Assembly (NCBI GenBank): GCA_038867615.1
Contig: JAWBYA010000002.1
Location: 256,001-320,000, forward strand
DNA: 64,000 bases
Source: Sulfolobales archaeon
GTDB taxonomy: Archaea; Thermoproteota; Thermoprotei_A; Sulfolobales; AG1
Direction: 5' to 3'
This document shows positions 12,619 through 21,540 of the stretch, in pieces. The notes beneath the pieces were generated by a model, which saw only the letters and a list, made by a program, of their open reading frames with translations, was not told the origin of the DNA and ran no database searches. Position 1 is the first letter of the stretch. Each line of letters opens with the position of its first letter. The translations under genes and the position numbers were made by a program.

Positions 12619-13554
12619 TTACTCCCCGCCAAAGATTCTCTCGAGGATCTTTTCTGGATCGTATTGCTCAAGATCATCGTAACCCTGACCAACACCAACA
12701 AATACTATCGGCTTTCCTATCGATGCTATTATACTTATAGCAGAGCCCCCGGTGGCGTTGGCATCTAGCTTTGTTAGTATCGCTGCATCAACACCCACGT
12801 ATTTATCAAACTCCCTAGCCTGGTTAACCGCATCGTTTCCCGTGAGAGAATCTAATACAAGGATCTTTAGGTCTGGCTTCGAGACCCTCACGATCTTCTT
12901 GATCTCCTCCATGAGATCCCTATCAGTATGCTGCCTCCCAGCAGTATCTATGAGAACCACATCATAGCCCTGTTTCTCAGCATGCCTCACAGCATCGTAG
13001 ACAACTGCACCGGGGTCTGAGCCATATTTAGCCCTGAAGAAGGGAACACCTAGCCTGGAGCAGTGGATTGCAAGCTGCTCCTGAGCCCCAGCCCTGAAGG
13101 TATCACCAGCCACTACCAATACCTTTAAACCATGTTTTGTGAAGAACCTAGCCACCTTAGCTATGGTTGTGGTTTTCCCAACGCCATTCACGCCCATGAA
13201 TACCAGTTTCAGGGGTTTCCTCTCAGCTGCTAGTTTCACGAGATCTCCCTTCCACACACCCCTCAATAGTATTTCTTTTATAGCCTCTCTCAGCTTATCC
13301 TCAACAACAGCGTCTAGATCCTCAAACCTGCTTATCCTAACACCATCCAGCCTTTTAGCAACACCTATCACTATCTCTTCTGCAACCTCGTATGCTATGT
13401 CAGCCTCTACGAGTCTCAACACAAGCTCGTCGGATCTCTTAGCTACATCGTCGTATCTAATCTCTCTCGAAGCTATTGCTCCCAGCGCTTCAGAAATACC
13501 TTTAGATATAGCGGATCTAATAGATCCGAAAACGTTTTTTAAAGCCTTGAACAA
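12619..13554 (-). CDS. ftsY: SRP receptor FtsY
   Basis: GVNGVGKTTT, DTFRAGA, DTAGR, TKLD. Confidence 0.95.
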   Translation of the reverse strand: MFKALKNVFGSIRSAISKGISEALGAIASREIRYDDVAKRSDELVLRLVEADIAYEVAEEIVIGVAKRLDGVRISRFEDLDAVVEDKLREAIKEILLRGVWKGDLVKLAAERKPLKLVFMGVNGVGKTTTIAKVARFFTKHGLKVLVVAGDTFRAGAQEQLAIHCSRLGVPFFRAKYGSDPGAVVYDAVRHAEKQGYDVVLIDTAGRQHTDRDLMEEIKKIVRVSKPDLKILVLDSLTGNDAVNQAREFDKYVGVDAAILTKLDANATGGSAISIIASIGKPIVFVGVGQGYDDLEQYDPEKILERIFGGE

Positions 13555-13555
13555 A

Positions 13556-14044
13556 CTAACCGCTCCCGGGCTGCTCTCTCCTCTGCTCAGCAGCCCTCTT
13601 CTCAGCCTCCTCTATGAGCTGGCTCAATGTTGCTCTGAGCTTCTCGTATAAAGCGTATGCTGACGAGATCTCCTGGTTGATGGCGTTGAGAGTGTTTCTA
13701 AGATCCCCCTCCTTTGCAGTCACGATCTTTATAGCCTCTTCTATGGGAAGCTCCATGAGGAAATCGCCTCCAATGCTTGCAACAACCCTATCCTTACCCG
13801 TTATTATACCCCTGGCCATAACATGCCCCCTTCTATCCAGTGCTAGCAAGGCTTCCTCACCCTTGTATTGTTTTAGCTGTTCGAGCGCCTCCCTAGCTAT
13901 CCTCAGTTCTTCAAGCTCTGCTAGCACTATGTTTGCATTCTGCTGGAGAGATCTTATATACTCCTCGATCCTGTTTATATCGCTTACAAGCCTCTCAACA
14001 GCCTCTCTATAGGTTATCCTCGGCCCCTGAGCCCTACTTGACAA
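13556..14044 (-). CDS. pfdA: Prefoldin alpha subunit
   Basis: Coiled coil-beta hairpin-coiled coil pattern, SIGG motif, position between L18ae and ftsY. Confidence 0.85.
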   Translation of the reverse strand: MSSRAQGPRITYREAVERLVSDINRIEEYIRSLQQNANIVLAELEELRIAREALEQLKQYKGEEALLALDRRGHVMARGIITGKDRVVASIGGDFLMELPIEEAIKIVTAKEGDLRNTLNAINQEISSAYALYEKLRATLSQLIEEAEKRAAEQRREQPGSG

Positions 14045-14300
14045 TCTCCCACCCTTCTATCCTCGACAGATCCCTTATGAAGCTATTCCTAGCCTCCTCT
14101 GGGGTTATCTCCTCAACACTCATGATCTTTATATTAGCCCTCTTAATCCCATGCCTGCTACCCATAACAGAGTATACATACTCGATCGCGTGTTCCTTTT
14201 TAATGGCTCTCACTTCTAGCGAGAACTTCCTCCACTCGGGATACTTATCACTGCTGAAGAGCGCGAGCCCCTGGATCCTGTAGATCTTCACCTCGCTCAT
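14034..14300 (-). CDS. rpl18a: 50S ribosomal protein L18ae/LX (eL20)
   Basis: VYSVMGSRHGIKRANIKI motif and operon context. Confidence 0.9.
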   Translation of the reverse strand: MSEVKIYRIQGLALFSSDKYPEWRKFSLEVRAIKKEHAIEYVYSVMGSRHGIKRANIKIMSVEEITPEEARNSFIRDLSRIEGWEIVK

Positions 14301-14983
14301 CCAGTCTCCCCACCAAGTATTCTACTTATCCTTAATATTTCAGGGCCAGTTGTTCTCGAACCAACTATAACACCATAATCATTAGCCACAATACCTGATT
14401 TAACAAAGAAAACACCGAAGTTGACGGAGGAAACATCCACGGCCACTTTGAATAGATCTGATAGGTATCTAAGCTCTTCCTCTTTAGCATCTGGATGTAT
14501 AACCCCGCCCCTGTTAGTCATAACAGCCGCAGAGCCTACTGTCATAAGCCCCGCGATTGTGCCCCTCACAACGACCTCAACCTCTAGGGTTTCTTTCACA
14601 AGTCTTGCCACCTCATCATCCAAATCCCTATGGATCATTGCTGCCCTCGAGTTGGCCACAACAATATTGCCAAGAGCATTTGGGGGAGCCTTTATAATAG
14701 CTATGTTCCCGCTAAAGCCCTCCCTAATAGCTCTAAGCTCCTCATCCCTTATAGTCCTCGGAACCAGGATCCCTTTGTCATTCCCAGCCACCATCACTCC
14801 AGGAAGCATTGTATCCCCAACCTTTGTTTTAACAACCCTCTTCACCCTCAGAACCCTTAGCAACATCTCCTCAAATCCCTGATCAACAAGGGGGGGTGCT
14901 ATTGCAAGCTCGTTGTTTGCGAAAACATAGACGCCTATGTTAGGGTTACCCATTATGTCGGCCTTCTCAACCGCTATAGCCAT
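14297..14983 (-). CDS. eif6: Translation initiation factor aIF6
   Basis: NIGVY, GNDKG, ALGN, SVNFG, TTGPE repeats. Confidence 0.93.
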   Translation of the reverse strand: MAIAVEKADIMGNPNIGVYVFANNELAIAPPLVDQGFEEMLLRVLRVKRVVKTKVGDTMLPGVMVAGNDKGILVPRTIRDEELRAIREGFSGNIAIIKAPPNALGNIVVANSRAAMIHRDLDDEVARLVKETLEVEVVVRGTIAGLMTVGSAAVMTNRGGVIHPDAKEEELRYLSDLFKVAVDVSSVNFGVFFVKSGIVANDYGVIVGSRTTGPEILRISRILGGETG

Positions 14984-15004
14984 CCCTACTCCCTGGTGCT
15001 TGGG

Positions 15005-15289
15005 CTATTTTGAGGATCTCTTAACCGGTACTGCTAGCAATACCTTGTAGATCTTCTCATCGATCTTTATAATCTTTACAGCAACCCTCCTGGGGGGTTT
15101 CTCGATCTTGTAGCTAAATATGTGTTCATTAACCATGTTATCCACAATAACCCTTTCGGCTCCGAAGTGCCTCTTAACAAACTCCCTTATGAGTCTAATA
15201 GCCCTCTTGCCCCTTGTCCTTCTACTCCCTCCCCAGTATACCCTGCTGAGGGGTATGACATAGACCGCCTCATCCTTCTCCTTCACCAT
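15005..15289 (-). CDS. rpl31e: 50S ribosomal protein L31e
   Basis: YVIPL, RAIRLIREFVKRH, KPPRRV. Confidence 0.92.
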   Translation of the reverse strand: MVKEKDEAVYVIPLSRVYWGGSRRTRGKRAIRLIREFVKRHFGAERVIVDNMVNEHIFSYKIEKPPRRVAVKIIKIDEKIYKVLLAVPVKRSSK

Positions 15290-15298
15290 CTACACCAC

Positions 15299-15457
15299 CT
15301 ACACATCCTTCAGCTTGCTCCTCCTCCAATGCCTAAGCCTAGGTCTATATCTTATCTTCCTCATAGTCTTGGCTATAACCCATACTGGTATGGGAGAGTT
15401 GCTCTTCTCCCTATTTATCAGCCTGAGCTTCTTTGCAAGAGGCTTTGTCCTCGCCAT
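15299..15457 (-). CDS. rpl39e: 50S ribosomal protein L39e (missing from the ORF track)
   Basis: Manual translation [52 protein letters not shown]. Confidence 0.93.
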   Translation of the reverse strand: MARTKPLAKKLRLINREKSNSPIPVWVIAKTMRKIRYRPRLRHWRRSKLKDV

Positions 15458-15458
15458 A

Positions 15459-15830
15459 TCACCACCCCTTCTCCTTAATATTTATCTTAATATCTCTCCT
15501 CGTCCTCTCAAATAGGTTTTGGAGGATTGTCTTTAGCTCATCATCAGAGATCGGGATCTTTATCCTACCGCTCTGTGCAAGCGCTATCAACTGATCCTCT
15601 ATGGATTTTACAAGCTCTGGCTTAACAAGCCTGAGGTTGGCAAGCCTCTCCCTAGCCTCGTATGTCAGGATCCTCCTCAGAAGCTCTTGCCTCAGAGCCT
15701 CCTCAGCAGCCTCCCTCTCCTTCCTAACCCTCTCCTGCTCAGCCCTCCTAGCAAGCTCAGCCATCTTCCTCCTCTTTATAAGCTCGAGCTCCTCATCGGA
15801 GATCTCGTACTCACCGCCCTCTATACTCAT
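15459..15830 (-). CDS. PDCD5-like DNA-binding protein
   Basis: [19 protein letters not shown]...LIALAQSG; between S19e and L39e. Confidence 0.92.
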   Translation of the reverse strand: MSIEGGEYEISDEELELIKRRKMAELARRAEQERVRKEREAAEEALRQELLRRILTYEARERLANLRLVKPELVKSIEDQLIALAQSGRIKIPISDDELKTILQNLFERTRRDIKINIKEKGW

Positions 15831-15835
15831 ACCAC

Positions 15836-16315
15836 TTACCCCCTTAGCGCTCTAGGCCTGTATTTAATAAGCTCAGGATGCTTATTAACAGCCTCTCTGA
15901 ATACCTCGAGTGCTACCGAATCGAGATAGGACCTACCCTTCGAAGTAAGGATCCTTCCCCTCCTGGTTCTTGCAACAAACCCTGCCCTCTCAAGCTGCTG
16001 CAGGATCTTCCTTATAATAGAGCCGCTAGCCCTTCTAAAATGAGGAGGCGCAACTCCTCTCCTCTTTCTCCCACCATATATTATTCTGAACCTCTCAATA
16101 CCGATCGGCTCTCCCGCTATATATAGCTTTCTAAGTATAGATGCCGCTCTATAGTACCACCACTCATTATTCTCAGGCGGCCTCTCCTTAGAAACCCCTG
16201 TCTTTACATATAAAGCCCAAGGAGGCTGGTGGATTGTTTCCCCGAAATCCTCTCTCAGCTTCTCAGCAAGCCTCTCTATGAAAAGATCCGCCGGAACCTC
16301 TCTAACACTAACCAC
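15836..16315 (-). CDS. rps19e: 30S ribosomal protein S19e
   Basis: VKTGVSKERPP, WWYYRAASILRK, YGGRKRRG. Confidence 0.96.
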   Translation of the reverse strand: MVSVREVPADLFIERLAEKLREDFGETIHQPPWALYVKTGVSKERPPENNEWWYYRAASILRKLYIAGEPIGIERFRIIYGGRKRRGVAPPHFRRASGSIIRKILQQLERAGFVARTRRGRILTSKGRSYLDSVALEVFREAVNKHPELIKYRPRALRG

Positions 16316-16582
16316 TACGCCGACCCAATTTCTTAAAGCACCAGTGCTTAAAACAATTGATTAACGCATCAGGACATCTGCTCCCTGTGTTGTTACCGTT
16401 TTTGATATCTGTTATATTAAAAGCTTCTAAACCCACATGGAGATATGGCCAGGCCGAGCTAGGTTAGCAAATTACAGCACCAGGATTCTAGGCTAAACCT
16501 GTAAGTCCTAGATCTTTCCTAGAAATGTGATCAAGAAAGCAGTCCCGCATGGTTTGCGACACTTATGTTTTTAGGCTATAAC

Positions 16583-16640
16583 AGATCAGCCAGGGGTTCA
16601 CTCGTCACCACTCGGCTCTCGGCAAACTCTTCATCCTAAC
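16583..16640 (-). ncRNA. C/D-box guide sRNA (candidate)
   Basis: Minus strand reads GGATGA (C), AGAGTTTGCCGAGAG, CCGA (D'), GTGG, TGACGA (C'), GTGAACCCCTGG, CTGA (D); intergenic, AT-rich upstream. Confidence 0.7.
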
Positions 16641-16680
16641 TTATAATATTCCTCGAGAATAATATATCAAGGATATAGTA

Positions 16681-16929
16681 TTGAGCCTCCAGGGACTCGT
16701 TATAGGAAGCCTCCTCATATTCTTGGGATTGATCCTGGTGTTTATAGCTATAGCCATAGCTATTCCAGGATCGATGACGAAGGGCTTCGGAATAATAATC
16801 ATAGGGCCAATACCACTTATACTAAGCGATGGCATTAGCACTATCCTAATCATCTCTGCATTGTTGATAGCTGTATTAGTCATAGTCCTCTTACTATGGC
16901 TGAGAGGATATACTATGGCTAGGCAGTAA
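16681..16929 (+). CDS. DUF131 family small membrane protein
   Basis: GFGIIIIGPIPLI motif flanked by TM helices. Confidence 0.8.
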   Translation: MSLQGLVIGSLLIFLGLILVFIAIAIAIPGSMTKGFGIIIIGPIPLILSDGISTILIISALLIAVLVIVLLLWLRGYTMARQ

Positions 16930-16979
16930 CCAGGCTCTTCTACACAGGATCCTCTACTTGCTAAAAATCGCTCTGTAGA

Positions 16980-17150
16980 CTAGGATGCTGGTGCTCCTAT
17001 CATATACAGGATCTCTAATTCGAGCTTTAGAATATCCTCTTGGCTTATAACGGTATCCCTTGCCTCAGATACTCTTCTATCCTGGGCAAGCTTTCTCTTC
17101 TTTGAACGATTCTTAAAATACCCCACACCAATTTTCTTTAACCTGTACAT
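16980..17150 (-). CDS. Possible small basic hypothetical protein (56 aa)
   Basis: Manual ORF MYRLKKIGVGYFKNRSKKRKL...EILYMIGAPAS; no family recognised. Confidence 0.3.
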   Translation of the reverse strand: MYRLKKIGVGYFKNRSKKRKLAQDRRVSEARDTVISQEDILKLELEILYMIGAPAS

Positions 17151-17200
17151 CTGTCATCCCAAATAGATCTAGTTCCTATGAGTAATATAAAGGCTTGCAC

Positions 17201-17435
17201 TTATTCACTTCGACAACTGTCTAAAGCATTCTGGATGCATTCATACGCACTTTCTATCTTTGAGAACCTCTCTAGAAGCTGCCTCACGACATCTATACAT
17301 CTAAGCCTGTTGATAGCCATATACCTTATTATAGAGAGAAGATACGCCCTACCCTCTGATGTTAAAACCCCCCTCTTATCCAGGTAATCCCGCGTCTCAG
17401 CGATGATAGATAGATCTCTGAGTAGCTTCTCATAC
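17201..17435 (-). CDS. Hypothetical helical protein; start probably downstream of the ORF-track start
   Basis: ORF 17201-17548 overlaps the tRNA half at its 5' end; a purine-rich RBS-like stretch near 17445-17460 suggests a start near 17435 (approximate). Confidence 0.45.
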
Positions 17436-17489
17436 AAAACACACAGATCCCTCTCTCCCCGATCCCTGTGAAACCCTTGCCCCCAGCTA

Positions 17490-17505
17490 GTTAAACCTTT
17501 AAATC
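17490..17505 (+). promoter_or_regulatory. BRE/TATA-like promoter of the tRNA-Gln 5' half
   Basis: GTTAAACCTTTAAATC, TATA-like core about 25 nt upstream of tRNA position 1. Confidence 0.55.
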
Positions 17506-17526
17506 CTGATAAAGAATTATTATTGA

Positions 17527-17564
17527 AGCCGGGTCGTCTAGCGGCCAAGGATGCGGGGCTCTGG
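17527..17564 (+). tRNA. tRNA-Gln(CUG) 5' half only (positions 1-37); candidate split tRNA
   Basis: AGCCGGG TC GTCT AGCGGCCAA GGAT G CGGGG CT CTG G: A1 start, intact D arm, anticodon CTG at 17561-17563; no T arm or acceptor 3' strand follows. Confidence 0.8.
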
Positions 17565-17580
17565 CCCTCCGCGCCGCCCC

Positions 17581-17633
17581 CTGATGAGAAGAGGGTCTTC
17601 TGATCATGTGATGTGTGCTGGAACTCCTGATCC
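17581..17633 (+). ncRNA. C/D-box guide sRNA immediately after the tRNA half
   Basis: TGATGA (17582-87), 12 nt, CTGA (17600-03), TGATGT (17609-14), 12 nt, CTGA (17627-30): canonical archaeal double-guide geometry. Confidence 0.8.
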
Positions 17634-17653
17634 GGTTTATAGAAGATCCCTAA

Positions 17654-18292
17654 CTACCTATAACCGATCCTCTCGAGCATGCTCGATATAGCCCCCAAAG
17701 ACCTTTCAGCATATAGGCATGAGGGATCCTTATCACCGCATCCCCTCGATAGATGCTCCCTCAACACCCTCAGCTCCTCGAGAAGCGATTCCAAGTACCA
17801 CTTATTGCCAACATACCCCTCCCCCACGAGCTTCGGGCTACCCTCTGCAAAACCTTCTGGGTAGTACATGTCCCTAACTAGGTAGTAGCCGCTCACTATC
17901 ATGAGAGATCCTAGCCTTGTAGCCCCGGGATGGATCCCTCTGCTTAGTAGTGAGACAGTTTCATGATCCCTTACATATGGGATCATAACCCTCAGACCCT
18001 CACCAAAGATCCCCAGCAAATGCGGGAGGATCTCTCCTAAGGCGTTATAGAAATTCTCTGAGAGATCTGTTTCGTTAAACTCGACCCATGGTCTGTAGTT
18101 CTCCCTGCCAGTAAATACTACAAACCCTATCTCAAGACCCTTGATCCTGGATGTAACCTTATAAGCACCCCTGATCCTCCAACCCCTGCACTCAATGATC
18201 GTTGTTCCAGGGATTCTCCCAAGTTCCTGGCATATGCCTGCCTGGCCCACACGTAACCCTAGCAATATATATATCCTCGCAGGATTTAACAT
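17654..18292 (-). CDS. DUF1122 family protein
   Basis: FTGRENYRPWVE and RDMYYPEGFAEGSPKL motifs. Confidence 0.75.
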   Translation of the reverse strand: MLNPARIYILLGLRVGQAGICQELGRIPGTTIIECRGWRIRGAYKVTSRIKGLEIGFVVFTGRENYRPWVEFNETDLSENFYNALGEILPHLLGIFGEGLRVMIPYVRDHETVSLLSRGIHPGATRLGSLMIVSGYYLVRDMYYPEGFAEGSPKLVGEGYVGNKWYLESLLEELRVLREHLSRGCGDKDPSCLYAERSLGAISSMLERIGYR

Positions 18293-18361
18293 GGTAAGCC
18301 TACATGGATCTTTGATCCGCTGTCAACCATGATTCTATACGATCTAGTCTTGGTTAAGTGG

Positions 18362-19267
18362 TTAGAGAAATACTAGCCTGTCTATAAGCATCAATATAAA
18401 TATGATTGAGAGGTAGGGGCTGAGGATCTTGAATGTCTTGTAAGCCTCTATCCTATCGATCTTCTCCAGGTGTCTCCTCATGACCATTAGCAGCTTTATC
18501 GATAGTGCAGCACCTATTATTAGCGTTAGCCATGATCTATTGCCCGTGAGCACAAAATAGGCTATAATGAGGATCAGCATGAGGATCACGTGGATTATAG
18601 AACCCATAACACCAGCCCTAACACCCTTGACTATAGGCAGCATAGGTACCCCGGCCTTCTTATAATCGTCATAGTTATAGATAACTATATACCATATATG
18701 GGCGTTACTCCAAAGCGCGACAAGCGTTAAAAGGATAAAGGCTTCCGGCGATGGATAGCCTGTATACGCCATATATCCTCCAAAGGCCGGCATGCCCCCT
18801 GCAAAGCCCCCATAGATCACGCTCGTCCAGCTTCTCCTCTTAGTCAGCACCGTATATATACCTATATCTATCAAGAACCCAAGAATACCTGCTATGAAGA
18901 CCCACATATTTATCATATAGCTGATCGCAAGGCCTGGGATTAGGAACGCCATTGAAAGGATCGCTGCAACCCACTTCGAGATCATACCCCTGGGTATCAC
19001 TCTGCGCTTAGTCCTGGCCATAATGCTATCTATATCAGAGTCAAGAACCATGTTAATGCCCGTGGTTCCGAAGATCGTTAGCGATAGTGCGACTAACAGC
19101 TTAATGAGGGTAAGCAGATCTACCGAGGCTCCGGAAGCTATTAGATAGCCAAACAGTCCTGTGAATATTAGGAGCATGCTCTGCCTTATCTTGAAAAGAT
19201 CCGTTACAATGATCGCAGCGTCACGGCTCTTGGAAAGAAGTACCCCGCTAACCCTCACAAATATCAC
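18362..19267 (-). CDS. cyoE: Protoheme IX farnesyltransferase (heme o synthase)
   Basis: NMVLDSDIDSIMARTKRR, YTVLTKRR, DDYKKAGVPMLP, multiple TM helices. Confidence 0.92.
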   Translation of the reverse strand: MIFVRVSGVLLSKSRDAAIIVTDLFKIRQSMLLIFTGLFGYLIASGASVDLLTLIKLLVALSLTIFGTTGINMVLDSDIDSIMARTKRRVIPRGMISKWVAAILSMAFLIPGLAISYMINMWVFIAGILGFLIDIGIYTVLTKRRSWTSVIYGGFAGGMPAFGGYMAYTGYPSPEAFILLTLVALWSNAHIWYIVIYNYDDYKKAGVPMLPIVKGVRAGVMGSIIHVILMLILIIAYFVLTGNRSWLTLIIGAALSIKLLMVMRRHLEKIDRIEAYKTFKILSPYLSIIFILMLIDRLVFL

Positions 19268-19288
19268 AAGAATAATAACTGTTCGAAG

Positions 19289-20110
19289 CTATATAAGCGG
19301 GGGTTCTAACGTGGTTGGGAGGTCTGGGTTTGAGAGCACCACGGATCTACCATCTATATAGATCTTTATAGCCTTTATCAACACACCAGCCTCCAAGGCT
19401 CTCTTGAGAAGCCCTGGTAATATGGGGTCGATACTGCTAGGGCCAAAGATCTCTGCCTCTGGATGGCCTGCTATGAATACCAGGTATCTCTCATAACCAC
19501 TGCTATTTATAAGAGCCTCTATATGCCTCCTACCCCTAAGACTTATGGTATCAGGATACCTAGCACTCCTATCGCTTGGATGATAATAGACAGCACTCTT
19601 AAGCTCAACAAGGGCTTCTCTACCGCTGTGGGGAGATCTTAGTAGGAAGTCTATCTTAAGACCCCCTAGATCTAGATCCCTCCTAACAACCCTATAGCCA
19701 GCCAGCCATGGTATATAACCCCCCTCAACACTAAGAATAAAAACCCTCTCCTGCAGCTTCGTATCTATCAAAGTCCACCTATCCCCATCAACCTTTGTCC
19801 CAACAACCCTGAGAGGCGTTCTCGGCGAATCGATCTCGATACAGAGAACCTCAGCCCCTGGGAATAACAGATCCAGAAGCCTTCCAGTATTGTTTATATG
19901 AACCCTCGTATCCCTACCACCACATCTAGCAAGCCCAACAAACCTATTCTCCCTCCTAATAAAAACACACTCCGCCACACCAGCTATGCTCAGGATCCTC
20001 AGAGGCATCCCTATCAATAAGCTGTTTCCCTCACCAGTATTTAGAGCTATTGGGAGAACTAACTTAGCACAAAACGATGCAAGAGAACATCCGGGGAAGC
20101 GTTTCTCCAT
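19289..20110 (-). CDS. sfsA: DNA/RNA nuclease SfsA
   Basis: RRENRF, HINNTGRL, IDFLL, VELKS, YPDT..RGRRH; true start probably later (MPLRI). Confidence 0.9.
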   Translation of the reverse strand: MEKRFPGCSLASFCAKLVLPIALNTGEGNSLLIGMPLRILSIAGVAECVFIRRENRFVGLARCGGRDTRVHINNTGRLLDLLFPGAEVLCIEIDSPRTPLRVVGTKVDGDRWTLIDTKLQERVFILSVEGGYIPWLAGYRVVRRDLDLGGLKIDFLLRSPHSGREALVELKSAVYYHPSDRSARYPDTISLRGRRHIEALINSSGYERYLVFIAGHPEAEIFGPSSIDPILPGLLKRALEAGVLIKAIKIYIDGRSVVLSNPDLPTTLEPPLI

Positions 20111-20205
20111 GTATTAGGAACCTGGTGGTTTTAAAGAAACAGGGTCTGCTTAAACATGAATAATCCCTGCTAGTATAGAGGACTATTGAGCCTGGGATCT
20201 AGGAT

Positions 20206-20940
20206 CTATGTTCTCGAGATCTTTACCCTGTTGCCGGTGATCTCAACCCTTATTCTGGTTACACTCTTTACAGCTGGTATTGCTACATTGAATATTGGGA
20301 TGCCCCCAACCTCTGATTGGTGGACTATCGATGCATGGGCGTGTCCGTGGATCACTAGATCGGGTTTTGCACCAAGTATGACGTTCTCATAACCTCTGTG
20401 ACAGAGGTATGGGTAGGTGTTCTCAGGCTCTCCTTTGAGTGTCTTTGTTGTTGGTGCGTAGTGCATTAGGAGTATGAGGATCTCGCAGTCTGTCCTAAGC
20501 TTTAAAAGAGCCTCCATGGTGTTCTTAACCCTCTTTTCAAAGATCTCTGCTAGCTGGGGTAGGTTTCTCTTCTGCCAGCTTGTCAGCCTCTCCAAAGATC
20601 CCCTGGTTCCGTATACGCAGAGCTTTACACCATTAATGCTGTTCATCCAGGCCTCGTCATCGAGCCAGACTATATCGTTATACATACTCCTAAGCACCTG
20701 GATCTTCTCCATATATTCCTCATTACCAAACACAGAGACCATGGGAACTCCTGGGAATCTCGATGATAGGAAATCCCTCAAAGGCTTCATAGAGCCCACA
20801 TCGCCCTTATCGATCATATCGCCCCCCATGAGGATAATGTTTGGTTTATAGTTGAGCATAGACTTTACAGATGATATGAGCAGCGGGAGGAATCTTGGTG
20901 AGTGAACATCGCTCACAGCCATAATCTCTATAGCTGTCAA
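20206..20940 (-). CDS. Calcineurin-like metallophosphoesterase
   Basis: SDVH, GGD, GNEE, HYAP, HGHAH. Confidence 0.9.
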   Translation of the reverse strand: MTAIEIMAVSDVHSPRFLPLLISSVKSMLNYKPNIILMGGDMIDKGDVGSMKPLRDFLSSRFPGVPMVSVFGNEEYMEKIQVLRSMYNDIVWLDDEAWMNSINGVKLCVYGTRGSLERLTSWQKRNLPQLAEIFEKRVKNTMEALLKLRTDCEILILLMHYAPTTKTLKGEPENTYPYLCHRGYENVILGAKPDLVIHGHAHASIVHQSEVGGIPIFNVAIPAVKSVTRIRVEITGNRVKISRT

Positions 20941-20984
20941 CCGGACCCCGAGTCTATCTAGTTATAGAACAAGATATTTGAAGA

Positions 20985-21270
20985 GCTCGGGCTTCATAGA
21001 GGTTAACATTGTTTGACGCTATCTACCCAGCCCTTGACTTCTGTCAAAGCAGCCCAACCCACGATCCTTCTATATCAATATGTAGGGGAAACCCTGCACT
21101 CCGGCTTTCTACCCAGCCTGCTTGGGTCTTTACATATATTTATATTGTTGATGGATTAGCTGTAAAGCATATCAAGATCTTATTTATAGGCAGGTCTAGG
21201 AGGATCTAGCAGATAGCCTCTATGATCATTTATAAATATTAGTGAAAAACGAAACAGCCTGCCATGGCTT
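20985..21270 (-). mobile_element. Dispersed element, degenerate copy F
   Basis: Minus strand begins AAGCCATGGCAGGCTGTTTCGTTTTTCA, contains AAGACCCAAG...GGGTTTCCCC and GTGGGTTGGG, ends ATGAAGCCCGAGC. Confidence 0.7.
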
Positions 21271-21333
21271 GTGTAGCAGCTTATAAGGATAGAAGTGCTT
21301 CTCATAATGGGTGGTTAGAGAATTCCGTTCTCA

Positions 21334-21540
21334 ATGATCGGGGTCAATGCTAAGGGGCATGGTGGTTGGAGAACCTATAGATGTTCTATATGTGCTACAA
21401 CCCTCCTGGTTGGGGATGCAACGATCTATTTCTGCCCTCGATGCTCTCAGACCAGGCATGCTAGGTTCTGCAGTGCTTGTGCTAGGAGAACACATCATAG
21501 GTGCCCCTACTGTGGAACAGATCTCAGGATCTATATCTAG
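21334..21540 (+). CDS. Small zinc-finger protein with four CxxC pairs
   Basis: CSIC, CPRC, CSAC, CPYC in 68 aa. Confidence 0.7.
   Translation: MIGVNAKGHGGWRTYRCSICATTLLVGDATIYFCPRCSQTRHARFCSACARRTHHRCPYCGTDLRIYI

Noticed and set aside
8414-15929. Many long antisense ORFs in the track over known genes
   Set aside because: Ser/Leu/Pro-rich shadow frames fully overlapping well-supported genes
17565-17660. Ordinary cis intron in tRNA-Gln
   Set aside because: No 3' exon (GTTCRA T loop, CCCGGCT) follows the sRNA; the DUF1122 gene end comes immediately
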